Below, in pieces: positions 30,006 to 39,458 of a DNA stretch of 64,000 nucleotides (within the stretch, counting starts at the first letter, position 1; the number at the start of each line of letters is the position of its first letter). The notes below the pieces were generated by a model. That model made no database searches, was not told the DNA's origin, and worked only from the letters and a program-made list of their open reading frames with translations. This stretch comes from Bacteroidales bacterium. Lineage in GTDB: Bacteria > Bacteroidota > Bacteroidia > Bacteroidales > UBA12077. The stretch covers positions 55,212-119,211 of the forward strand of contig JANQHR010000020.1 in NCBI GenBank assembly GCA_028282585.1, written 5' to 3'. Made by a program: the position numbers and the translations under genes.

Positions 30006-31475
30006 CTATGGGTTTTGAGTTTTACTTTTTACTTTTATCTTATTATAGTCATCTGCAATTTCTTTCTTTGCATGAAATACCTTACTAAAAACTAAAATTG
30101 CTATCAAAGCAAAAATAAATCCCGGCAATAACTCATATAACTCAAATATTCCGCCTGAAAGTTGCTTCCATATTAAAACTGTTGTAGCTCCAGTAATCAT
30201 TCCCGCTAATGCTCCCACCGAAGATATGTTTTTGTTGTATAAAGATAGAATTATTAATGGCCCAAAAGCTGCTCCAAATCCTGCCCAGGCATAAGCTACC
30301 AAAGATAAAACCGTAGAATCCTGGTTATTAGAAATAAAATAAGCAATTAAGGCTATTACAATTACCGTTGCCCTTCCAATCCACACTAATTCTTTATCAC
30401 TTGCATTTTGTTTAATTACCTTCTCATAAATGTCTCGTGTTAAACAGGCTGATGATACCAACAATTGAGAATCGATGGTGCTCATTATGGCTGCCAAAAT
30501 TGCTGCTAAAACAAAACCAGCAATCCAGGGGTTTAAAAGTAGTTCTGAAAGCTTAATAAATATTTTTTCGGCATCCTTTAAATCAACACTATGAGCAGAA
30601 ACATAAGCTATTCCAAAAAAACCAACCATTAATGAACCAACAATTGAAATAACCATCCAACTCATGCCAACAATTTTTGCCGGTTGAACATTTTCGGGTT
30701 TATTTATCGACATAAACCGGACCAATATATGAGGTTGCCCAAAATAGCCCAATCCCCAGGCCAATAATGATAAAATACCAATAATGGAGCCCCCCTTCCA
30801 TATATTCAAGTAGTTAGGATCAATGGACTTAATCGTATTAAATGTATTTGAAATTCCTCCAATATCGACAATAACAACAATTGGTACAACCAATAATGCA
30901 AGCATCATCAAAGTTCCTTGAAAAAAATCAGTCCACGAAACTGCATTATACCCACCTAAAAAAGTATAGGATACAATTACTATGGTTCCAATGATTAAAG
31001 CTGCTTGGTAATCCAGATTAAAGGTCGCTTCAAATAGTTTAGCCCCACCTACTAAACCGGATGAAGCATACAAAGTATAGAAAACTAGGATTATAATAGC
31101 AGATACAATACGTAAGTTCCCATCTTTAAAGCGATTAGCTAAAAACCCGGGAATTGTTATTGAATCATCCAATTCTTCAGTAAATACTCTTAAAGGGCGG
31201 GCAATATAATGCCAGTTTAGGAATGCTCCTATAGTTAACCCAATCGCAATCCAACTTCCACTAATACCGGTTGTGAACATCAAACCTGGCAGGCCGAGCA
31301 ACAACCATCCGCTCATATCAGAAGCTCCAGCTGAGAGCGCTGCAACAATCGGATTCAAACCTCTCCCACCCAATACATAATCTGAAATATTTTTTGTTCG
31401 GTAATAAAAGTAGAACCCTATAGCAAGCATTCCGAAAATGTAAATTCCAAATGATATAAATGTGGCGGTGTTCAT
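30006..31475 (-). CDS. putP: Sodium/proline symporter
   Basis: DYVLGGR, ALSAGASDMSGWLLLGLPG, WGLGYFGQPHILVRFM, AAIMSTIDSQLL; start placed at MNTATF. Confidence 0.95.
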   Translation of the reverse strand: MNTATFISFGIYIFGMLAIGFYFYYRTKNISDYVLGGRGLNPIVAALSAGASDMSGWLLLGLPGLMFTTGISGSWIAIGLTIGAFLNWHYIARPLRVFTEELDDSITIPGFLANRFKDGNLRIVSAIIILVFYTLYASSGLVGGAKLFEATFNLDYQAALIIGTIVIVSYTFLGGYNAVSWTDFFQGTLMMLALLVVPIVVIVDIGGISNTFNTIKSIDPNYLNIWKGGSIIGILSLLAWGLGYFGQPHILVRFMSINKPENVQPAKIVGMSWMVISIVGSLMVGFFGIAYVSAHSVDLKDAEKIFIKLSELLLNPWIAGFVLAAILAAIMSTIDSQLLVSSACLTRDIYEKVIKQNASDKELVWIGRATVIVIALIAYFISNNQDSTVLSLVAYAWAGFGAAFGPLIILSLYNKNISSVGALAGMITGATTVLIWKQLSGGIFELYELLPGFIFALIAILVFSKVFHAKKEIADDYNKIKVKSKTQNP

Positions 31476-31590
31476 AATTAAATTAAGTATCGAATTAAGC
31501 TTTGAAAATAAAGTAAAAAAAATGAATTTCAAATTTCATGGTTAAGGTTTCAAATTACTTTTTACCTATGTCAAGTATAATCATATATAA

Positions 31591-31619
31591 AATTTGTAAT
31601 TTGTAATTTGAAATCTTGA
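31591..31619. repeat. Short tandem heptamer repeat (AATTTGT)
   Basis: aatttgt aatttgt aatttga aatcttga. Confidence 0.55.
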
Positions 31620-31632
31620 ACCTTTTTGTTCC

Positions 31633-31645
31633 ACAAACGTTTGCA
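31633..31645. promoter_or_regulatory. Candidate LacI-family operator between putP and ppdK
   Basis: ACAAACGTTTGCA with perfect core palindrome CAAACGTTTG and central CG. Confidence 0.45.
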
Positions 31646-31733
31646 AATAACATTAAACGAAAATTAAACATACAGGTAGTCGAATTAATCCTAAAATAAT
31701 CAGCTAAAATCACTCTATTTGGTAATTTTATAA

Positions 31734-31741
31734 TATATTTG
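31734..31741 (+). promoter_or_regulatory. -7 element (TATATTTG) for ppdK
   Basis: TAnnTTTG about 67 nt upstream of the ATG. Confidence 0.5.
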
Positions 31742-31808
31742 TATCCTGCTAAGATTTTTTGTTAAAATGATCATATTCAATTATTTATAAATTTTAAATT
31801 ATATTAAA

Positions 31809-34526
31809 ATGTCAGATGTGAAACGAGTGTATACCTTCGGAGATGGAAAAGCAGAAGGTAAAGCCGACATGAAAAATTTATTAGGTGGCAAAGGTGCTAA
31901 CCTTGCCGAGATGAACCTTATTGGAGTTCCTGTTCCTGCAGGATTCACTATTACTACTGAAGTATGTACAGAATATAATCAAAAAGGTAAAGATGCCGTA
32001 GTTGCATTAATGAAAGATGAAGTAGAACAAGCAGTTACCGCTACGGAAAAAGCAATGAATGCTAAATTTGGTTCTACGGGTGAAGCATTTCCTTTATTAG
32101 TATCGGTTCGTTCAGGTGCTCGTGCATCTATGCCAGGTATGATGAATACAGTTCTTAACTTGGGTATGAATGATGATACGGTAAAAATAGTTGCTGAAAA
32201 ATCGGGTAACGAAAAATTTGCTTACGATTCTTACCGCCGTTTCATTCATATGTATGGTGACGTTGTTATGGGCGTTGAAGCTGAAGAAGGTGAACATAAC
32301 CCATTTGAAGTTGAACTTGACAAATTAAAAGAACAAAAAGGATATAAAGTTGATACGGAATTAACTGTCGAAGACCTTAAAAATCTTGTAGAATCTTACA
32401 AAGCTGTAGTTCGCAAACATGCTGGTGTTGATTTCCCAACAAATCCTTGGGATCAGTTGTGGGGTTCTGTTTGTGCAGTATTTGATTCTTGGAATACTGA
32501 AAGAGCTATTCTTTACAGAAGAATGGAAAATATTCCTGATCACTGGGGAACAGCAGTAAACGTTCAAGCAATGGTTTATGGTAATATGGGCGAAAACTCT
32601 GCAACTGGTGTATGTTTCTCTCGTGATGCTGCTACAGGTGAAGATTTATTCAATGGTGAGTACTTAATTAATGCACAGGGCGAAGACGTTGTTGCTGGCG
32701 TTCGTACTCCACTTGAAATTACTAAAATTGGTTCACAACGTTGGGCTGAGCGTAGCGGTACTTCAGAAGAAAACCGTAAAGCTAATTTCCTTTCAATGGA
32801 AGAAGCTATGCCTGAGCTTTACAATGAATTAAATATAATTCAACAAAAATTAGAAGATCATTACAAAGATATGCAAGACATGGAGTTCACCGTACAAGAT
32901 GGTAAACTTTGGATGTTGCAAACTCGTAATGGAAAACGTACTGGTGCTGCCATGGTAAAAATGGCGGTTGATATGTTAGAAGAAGGATTGATTGATGAGA
33001 AAACAGCAATCTTACGCCAGGAACCTAATAAATTAGATGAACTTCTACATCCGGTATTTGATGGTGATGCTCTTGCTGCTGCTAAAGAACTTTCCAAAGG
33101 GCTTCCTGCTTCTCCAGGTGCTGCTACAGGACAAGTTGTATTTTCTGCATCTGCTGCTGAAGAATGGGCTGCTGATGGTAAAAAAGTAATCTTAGTACGC
33201 CGTGAAACTTCTCCGGAAGATTTAAAAGGTATGTATGCTGCTGAAGGTATTCTTACCGAACGTGGTGGCATGACCTCACATGCTGCAGTAGTTGCCCGTG
33301 GTATGGGTAAATGTTGTATATCTTCTGCTGCTGGCTTAATAGTAAGTGGTAATTCTATGACAATTAATGGAGTTGAATATAAAGAAGGTGATTTCATTTC
33401 ATTAAATGGTACAACCGGAACTGTTTACGAAGGTAAAGTTGCTACAATTACTCCATCATTGCATGGAGATTTTGGTAAAGTAATGGATATGGCTGAGAGA
33501 AATACAAAAATGTATGTAAGAACTAATGCTGATACTCCTGCGGATGCACAAACTGCCCGTGATTTTGGAGCTAAAGGGATTGGATTATGCCGTACAGAAC
33601 ACATGTTCTTCGAAGGTGACCGCATCTGGAAAATGCGTGAAATGATTCTGGCTGAAGATACTGTAGGTCGTGAAGCTGCATTAGCGAAATTATTACCAAT
33701 CCAACGTGAAGATTTCTACGGAATTCTTAAAGCCATGGACGGATTCGGAGTAACAATCCGTTTACTTGACCCACCATTGCATGAGTTTACTCCAAATGAT
33801 TTAGAGTCTCAAAAAGAGATGGCTGAAAAATTAGGTGTTGATGTGAAAGTAGTTACTGAAAAAGTAGAATCATTACACGAATTCAACCCAATGTTAGGTC
33901 ACCGTGGCTGCCGTTTAGGAAATACTTATCCGGAAATCACTGTGATGCAAGCTCGCGCTATCATTGAAGCTGCTTGTGATCTTAAGAAAGAAGGGTTAGA
34001 CCCTAAACCTGAAATTATGGTTCCATTAATTGGTACTGTTAAAGAACTTAAGATGCAGGAAGAAATTATTCGTGAGACTGCAGCTAAAGTTTTTGAAGAA
34101 AAAGGAATGGAAGTTGACTACATGGTAGGTACAATGATTGAAATTCCACGTGCTGCATTAACTGCAAACGAAGTAGCTGAAGTAGCTGAATTCTTTTCTT
34201 TTGGTACAAATGATTTAACCCAGATGACTTTTGGATACTCTCGTGATGATGCTGGTAAATTCTTACCAATCTACATCGAAAAAGGTATCCTTAAGCATGA
34301 CCCATTCCAGGCTCTTGACCAAACAGGTGTTGGGCAATTAGTTGAAATGGCATGTGAAAAAGGTAAAGCAACTCGTTCAGATATTAAATTAGGTATTTGT
34401 GGCGAACATGGTGGTGAGCCAACGTCCGTTGAATTCTGTCACAGAACAGGGCTAGATTACGTATCTTGTTCTCCATTTAGAGTCCCAATTGCAAGGTTAG
34501 CAGCCGCACAAGCTGCTCTAAGATAA
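31809..34526 (+). CDS. ppdK: Pyruvate, phosphate dikinase
   Basis: LLGGKGANLAEM, GGMTSHAAVVARG (phospho-His), GIGLCRTEHMF, FSFGTNDLTQ, GICGEHGG. Confidence 0.98.
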   Translation: MSDVKRVYTFGDGKAEGKADMKNLLGGKGANLAEMNLIGVPVPAGFTITTEVCTEYNQKGKDAVVALMKDEVEQAVTATEKAMNAKFGSTGEAFPLLVSVRSGARASMPGMMNTVLNLGMNDDTVKIVAEKSGNEKFAYDSYRRFIHMYGDVVMGVEAEEGEHNPFEVELDKLKEQKGYKVDTELTVEDLKNLVESYKAVVRKHAGVDFPTNPWDQLWGSVCAVFDSWNTERAILYRRMENIPDHWGTAVNVQAMVYGNMGENSATGVCFSRDAATGEDLFNGEYLINAQGEDVVAGVRTPLEITKIGSQRWAERSGTSEENRKANFLSMEEAMPELYNELNIIQQKLEDHYKDMQDMEFTVQDGKLWMLQTRNGKRTGAAMVKMAVDMLEEGLIDEKTAILRQEPNKLDELLHPVFDGDALAAAKELSKGLPASPGAATGQVVFSASAAEEWAADGKKVILVRRETSPEDLKGMYAAEGILTERGGMTSHAAVVARGMGKCCISSAAGLIVSGNSMTINGVEYKEGDFISLNGTTGTVYEGKVATITPSLHGDFGKVMDMAERNTKMYVRTNADTPADAQTARDFGAKGIGLCRTEHMFFEGDRIWKMREMILAEDTVGREAALAKLLPIQREDFYGILKAMDGFGVTIRLLDPPLHEFTPNDLESQKEMAEKLGVDVKVVTEKVESLHEFNPMLGHRGCRLGNTYPEITVMQARAIIEAACDLKKEGLDPKPEIMVPLIGTVKELKMQEEIIRETAAKVFEEKGMEVDYMVGTMIEIPRAALTANEVAEVAEFFSFGTNDLTQMTFGYSRDDAGKFLPIYIEKGILKHDPFQALDQTGVGQLVEMACEKGKATRSDIKLGICGEHGGEPTSVEFCHRTGLDYVSCSPFRVPIARLAAAQAALR

Positions 34527-34551
34527 GAATTAATCATTCTTAAATATTTCG

Positions 34552-34589
34552 AAAGCTGTCCCTACTATAACAATCGGGACGGCTTTTTT
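34552..34589 (+). terminator. Intrinsic terminator after ppdK
   Basis: AAAGCTGTCCC...GGGACGGCTTTTTT. Confidence 0.85.
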
Positions 34590-34957
34590 AATTAAAATAT
34601 ATCAAATACTCCTCTTTTTCTGTGTTACTATACAAAGAAAAAGTTAGCATGAACTTAAAATTCAGTAAACAACTCTATAATTAAAAGGCTTAAGATTACT
34701 TAAGTACTATCTAGCCCGAGATTTCTTCGATTTTAACTTTGATTTCTTTAGTACAGAAAATTAAGCGATGGCACGGTAAAAAGGATGATTACAAATCAAA
34801 ATTTTAAGGGTAAATATTGAAGAATCAGTATAGTTTAACATGACGTATTCATAAAATATTAAATTTCCAATATTTAGGAATAGTTAAGGTTAAGCCTGAC
34901 TGTGGAAAATCAAAGATTTACTTTAATTCACTCTTTGATTTCTCCTACGTGAGCAGC

Positions 34958-35005
34958 ATTATTCATGAATAATACGGATTAAATATTAATAATTTGTTAA
35001 ATTTG
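34958..35005 (+). promoter_or_regulatory. pckA promoter region: perfect 16-bp palindrome ATTATTCATGAATAAT (34958-34973) and -7 element TAAATTTG (34998-35005)
   Basis: Direct reading of sequence; TAnnTTTG 30 nt upstream of the ATG. Confidence 0.5.
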
Positions 35006-35035
35006 CCGTTTATTTTACACACATCACTTTAAATT

Positions 35036-36700
35036 ATGGACACAGCTATATTAGAATCATCTTTTAATCAATCAATTATCGACATTGTCGAAGGGCATGA
35101 TAATGTGTTGGTAAACCTGGATAGAAGGAAGCTTATCCAGGAAGTTTTGCATAACAGGGAGGCAATGGCTTCAAAAAACGGTGCATTGGCCACATGGACC
35201 GAACCGGAATCTACAGGAAGAAGACCACTTGATACTTACGTTGTAAAGAGAGATACAAGCGCAAAAAATATTGACTGGTCATCACCAAATAACATACCGA
35301 TCAAAGAAGATGTCTTTGATATGGTGTTTTCCGATGCTTTGGATTTGTTAGTTCGCAAAGAAAAGATTTATATAACCGACAGAGTAATTGGTGCTGATTC
35401 CAAATATGCTTTACCTGTAAGAACCATAACAAGCCAGGCACTTACAGCATTATTTACTGATAATATGTTTCGTGAAGTACCAAACGATATAAAAAAAAGT
35501 GATTTTTACGAACGTGGTTTTCAATTATTAACCGTTCCATTTGATAAATTAAACAGTATAAAATATAAGAGTCTTCTAAGAATTCTTCCTAATGGCGATA
35601 CTTCGGATATTGCTGTTATTATGGACTTTGACCGTCGTTTAGGTGTAATTGTCGGTTCATCATACTTAGGAAGTGTTAAAAAGTTAATGTTTACTGTAAT
35701 GAACTATTACCTCCCGTTTGGTGGGGTTCTTCCATTGCATTGTTCAGCAAACGAAGGCAAAGATGGTAATACAGCATTACTTTTGGGGTTATCAGGAACT
35801 GGTAAAACAACTTTATCTGCAGACCCGGAAAGATCACTTTTAGGTGACGACGAGCATGGCTGGAGTGCAGATGGGATAGCTAATTTCGAAAATGGATGTT
35901 ATGCTAAAATGCTGGATATTAATCCTGATAAAGAACCTGAAATCTATAATGCAGTTATGCACAATGATGACCCATTAAACCATGGTGCTATTATTGAAAA
36001 TGCCATGGTTTACCCAACTGGTGAGTTTGATTTTAGTGATAAACGTTTTACAGAAAATTCAAGGGCATCTTACCCATTAAAATTCTTAAAAAATATTAAG
36101 GAAAGTTCTATTTCAGGGCACCCAACAACTATACTATTTTTAACTGCCGATGCCTACGGAGTATTACCTCCAATTTCAAAACTAGACCCAAATCAGGCAA
36201 AGTTATGGTTTTTAATGGGATACACCAGTAAATTGGCGGGCACCGAAACCGGGGTCACTGAACCTCAGGCTACGTTCTCAAGATTCTTTGGACAGCCATT
36301 TATGCCATTAAATCCCGAATTTTACTCAACTATGTTGGGAGAAAAAATGAAACTATTTAATACCAAGGTATACCTAGTAAATACAGGCTGGTTTGGAGGT
36401 TCATTCGGTATAGGTAAGCGAATCGACCTTAAATTAACTCGTGCCATGGTAAATGCTGCCTTGAATGGAGATTTAGAAGATGTGGAATATATGTACGATG
36501 AATTGTTTCATTTAAATGTTCCGAAAACTTGCCCCGGTATTCCTAATAAAATCTTGAATCCAGTAAACATGTGGATCGAAAAAGAAGACTATACATTAAC
36601 TGCAACCCGTCTGGCTAATAAGTTTAGTGACGCATTTGATAAAGCTTATGGTGAAAAGAAAATCGATGAAGAAGTAAGAAATGTTTGCCCGGGAAAATAA
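35036..36700 (+). CDS. pckA: Phosphoenolpyruvate carboxykinase (ATP)
   Basis: LHCSAN, GLSGTGKTTLSAD, GDDEHGW, ENSRASYP, GYTSKLAGTE, YLVNTGW. Confidence 0.97.
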   Translation: MDTAILESSFNQSIIDIVEGHDNVLVNLDRRKLIQEVLHNREAMASKNGALATWTEPESTGRRPLDTYVVKRDTSAKNIDWSSPNNIPIKEDVFDMVFSDALDLLVRKEKIYITDRVIGADSKYALPVRTITSQALTALFTDNMFREVPNDIKKSDFYERGFQLLTVPFDKLNSIKYKSLLRILPNGDTSDIAVIMDFDRRLGVIVGSSYLGSVKKLMFTVMNYYLPFGGVLPLHCSANEGKDGNTALLLGLSGTGKTTLSADPERSLLGDDEHGWSADGIANFENGCYAKMLDINPDKEPEIYNAVMHNDDPLNHGAIIENAMVYPTGEFDFSDKRFTENSRASYPLKFLKNIKESSISGHPTTILFLTADAYGVLPPISKLDPNQAKLWFLMGYTSKLAGTETGVTEPQATFSRFFGQPFMPLNPEFYSTMLGEKMKLFNTKVYLVNTGWFGGSFGIGKRIDLKLTRAMVNAALNGDLEDVEYMYDELFHLNVPKTCPGIPNKILNPVNMWIEKEDYTLTATRLANKFSDAFDKAYGEKKIDEEVRNVCPGK

Positions 36701-36729
36701 TTTTAAGAGTTAGCAATTTGATATATCTA

Positions 36730-36770
36730 TTAACCGTCTTTATACTACTTTAAGGGCGGTTAACCATTTT
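36730..36770 (+). terminator. Stem-loop/terminator after pckA
   Basis: TTAACCGTCTT...AAGGGCGGTTAA followed by CCATTTT. Confidence 0.65.
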
Positions 36771-36849
36771 TAACACGAGTAAAAACCTTGATTTCTTTGA
36801 TGCTTCATAAATTATTTGTTATTTTGGCTGACTTTAAAAATGTCCATAT

Positions 36850-37512
36850 ATGCATATTGTAGTAAATATAATTATTACAATCGTAGCTTACCTTTTAGGA
36901 TCAATACCCACATCAGTGTGGATTAGCAGAGCTTTTTTCGATATTGATATCCGTGAACATGGAAGTGGTAATGCGGGAGCAACTAATACTTTCAGGGTTT
37001 TGGGCGTAAAAGCCGGCTTGGTGGTTTTTGCCGTTGATATTTTAAAAGGTTTTGCTGCTGTTAATTTAATACACTTTACCAATTATTATATACCTCACAG
37101 TGGAGATTATATTAATATTCAATTATTATTAGGAATAGCTGCAATGCTTGGTCATATATTCCCTGTTTATGTGGGCTTTAAAGGAGGAAAAGGTGTTGCT
37201 ACTTTATTTGGTGTAATTTGCGCCATAAGCTTCTATCCTACCTTAATAATGGCAGGAATTTTTTCTACTACCCTCATTATAACTCGTTATGTTTCAGTAA
37301 GCTCTATGGTATCAGGACTATCATTTCCTGTTCTGATCATAATTGTTTTTAAGGAAACGACCCCATCTTTAGTGATTTTTTCTTTAATTATGGCTATTTT
37401 GATGCTATTTACTCACCAAAAGAACATTGAACGATTATTAAAAAAAGAAGAAAAGAAAGCCAATTTAAAGATCAAGAAAAAGTCGAGACCTCAAGTTATA
37501 GAAGACGCATAA
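36850..37512 (+). CDS. plsY: Glycerol-3-phosphate 1-O-acyltransferase PlsY
   Basis: YLLGSIP, DIREHGSGNAGATN, DILKG, GHIFP, FKGGKGVAT, HQKNIERL. Confidence 0.97.
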   Translation: MHIVVNIIITIVAYLLGSIPTSVWISRAFFDIDIREHGSGNAGATNTFRVLGVKAGLVVFAVDILKGFAAVNLIHFTNYYIPHSGDYINIQLLLGIAAMLGHIFPVYVGFKGGKGVATLFGVICAISFYPTLIMAGIFSTTLIITRYVSVSSMVSGLSFPVLIIIVFKETTPSLVIFSLIMAILMLFTHQKNIERLLKKEEKKANLKIKKKSRPQVIEDA

Positions 37513-37513
37513 T

Positions 37514-38245
37514 TTAAAGCAACCGTTTTTTATCAATACGCTGAATTAGATCTGCCTTTAATGTTTTACTTACCGGAACTCTTGTTTTGGAATCCATTAT
37601 AAGTTGGTTACCTTCAATTCCTTCAATTTTTTCAAAATTAACAATAAAGGATTTATGGCATTTAAAAAAGTCATCACGTGGCAAAATCTTAAGTAAGGAT
37701 GATAAACTCATTAAAGAAACTACCTTTTTATCAGTTAAATGAAACTTGACGTATTTCTGTATGCTTTCAATATATATAATATCATCAAAACGAATTTTAA
37801 CAGCCTTATAATCTGACCTCACAAATATATAATCCCCTTTTGTTCTTATGTCTTGATCATTTTGATTTTCTCCGATTTGCTTAGTTTTCAAAGAATCAAG
37901 AACTTTTGAAATAGCTTTAAAGAAACGATCAAAACGAACCGGTTTTAACAAATAATCAACAACATTTAGCTCATAGCTTTCCAATGCGTATTCCGAATAA
38001 GCAGTTGTTAAAATAGTATATGGCGGGTCGTTTAATGATTTTAACAATTCCAAACCAGTCAAATCAGGCATTTCAATGTCTAGAAACATAATGTCAACTT
38101 CCTGCTCATTCAAAACTCCCATTGCTTCCATGGCAGTATGGCATTTTGCAACAACCTTTACATTTGGTATTTTAGCTAAATGTGTTTCAACCAATTCCTG
38201 TGCTAAAGTCTCATCGTCTACAATTATACATGTATAAGTTTTCAT
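37514..38245 (-). CDS. LytTR family response regulator
   Basis: IVDDE, FLDIEMP, TTAYSEYA, DYLLKP; C-term HKSFIVN...VPVS LytTR domain. Confidence 0.95.
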   Translation of the reverse strand: MKTYTCIIVDDETLAQELVETHLAKIPNVKVVAKCHTAMEAMGVLNEQEVDIMFLDIEMPDLTGLELLKSLNDPPYTILTTAYSEYALESYELNVVDYLLKPVRFDRFFKAISKVLDSLKTKQIGENQNDQDIRTKGDYIFVRSDYKAVKIRFDDIIYIESIQKYVKFHLTDKKVVSLMSLSSLLKILPRDDFFKCHKSFIVNFEKIEGIEGNQLIMDSKTRVPVSKTLKADLIQRIDKKRLL

Positions 38246-39228
38246 ATAGCTATATTTATTATCAAGGCAACTTTATAAACTCCTGTCATTTCCTCAATAA
38301 CTAATTTATGTTTATCAGGGTAATAATGTTGTAATTGTTTTTCAAGATTTATTAAACCTATGCCCCCTGATTCTTTTTTAGACTTTAAGAATGAATTTTC
38401 CGCGGTAAAACTCATTCTATATTCATCTACATCAAGGTTAATCCTTAAAAAACCGTTTGCATTATAACCAATGTCACTATGTTTAAAACAATTTTCAACA
38501 ATAGTGATAAGTAATAACGGAACTATTTTATGTAAACTATTTACACCATTAATTGATACACTAATGTTCTTTTCTGCTTTCAGTTTTTTAAGTAATTGTA
38601 AATCTATATAATTATTTAAAAGCTCTACTTCTCTCTCAAGTGCTACAAACTGGTTTTTTCCTTCATAAATTATATATCTTAATATATCTGATAGTTTTTC
38701 AATCATTACCGGAGCATTATCGTTCTTAACAACACTTAATGAATAAATATTATTTAATGAATTAAATAAAAAATGCGGGCTAACCTGTGATTTTAGCAAT
38801 AACAATTCAGCCTGTAACTTTTCATTTTGCAACTCTAAGCGATTTTGTTTTTCATCCCGGTATAACATAAAATACCAGTACAGGTATGATATCAAAATAA
38901 ACATTAAATAGTTTAGTGAAAACGTTACCATATTTCCCCACTTTGAACCTCCTAATAAATAATCATCTAAATCAGTAAATGAATATAAAGTGTAGAAAAT
39001 CACTAAAAATGAAATAAGACCTAACAAATATGCAAGATTACCATTTTTTAGTAACTTAGGAATTAAAAGGAATAAGTTAACATAAGCTATAATAAGGTAA
39101 ACGGATATTTCTACAAACGTTAAAAAAAAAGCTAATACAATATCGTAGTAATCTGTCATATAATCAAATATGAAAAAGTATACAAAAACCCAGAATATGA
39201 TATGATATATAGCCTTGATCTTTTGCAT
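38242..39228 (-). CDS. LytS/YehU-type sensor histidine kinase
   Basis: Four N-terminal TM helices; LKSQVSPHFLFNSLNNIY, VENCFKH, GGIGLINL. Confidence 0.93.
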   Translation of the reverse strand: MQKIKAIYHIIFWVFVYFFIFDYMTDYYDIVLAFFLTFVEISVYLIIAYVNLFLLIPKLLKNGNLAYLLGLISFLVIFYTLYSFTDLDDYLLGGSKWGNMVTFSLNYLMFILISYLYWYFMLYRDEKQNRLELQNEKLQAELLLLKSQVSPHFLFNSLNNIYSLSVVKNDNAPVMIEKLSDILRYIIYEGKNQFVALEREVELLNNYIDLQLLKKLKAEKNISVSINGVNSLHKIVPLLLITIVENCFKHSDIGYNANGFLRINLDVDEYRMSFTAENSFLKSKKESGGIGLINLEKQLQHYYPDKHKLVIEEMTGVYKVALIINIAI

Positions 39229-39458
39229 TGTAGTTTTATATTAACAATTCAAAAATAAAGTAAATATTATTCAAAAGTAAAGCTTAGCTCTCATATGCAC
39301 ATTTATGGGAACCAAGTATCGATTTTTATCCACATTCCCAAAATTCATTATATCAATCCTAAAATCAGCTACTTGGTTGAAAAGAATTTTATATCGTTTT
39401 AATACCTCATACTTTAGCACGTAATAACAAATCTGGTTTTGAATTAAAGTAGAAATTG

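Noticed and set aside
32861-33397. 178-aa antisense ORF inside ppdK and similar short shadow ORFs across the window
   Set aside because: Antisense or alternate-frame shadows of well-supported genes, explained by codon bias
39229-39455. LytTR direct-repeat binding site upstream of the deiminase
   Set aside because: No convincing repeat pair at the expected spacing could be seen by eye
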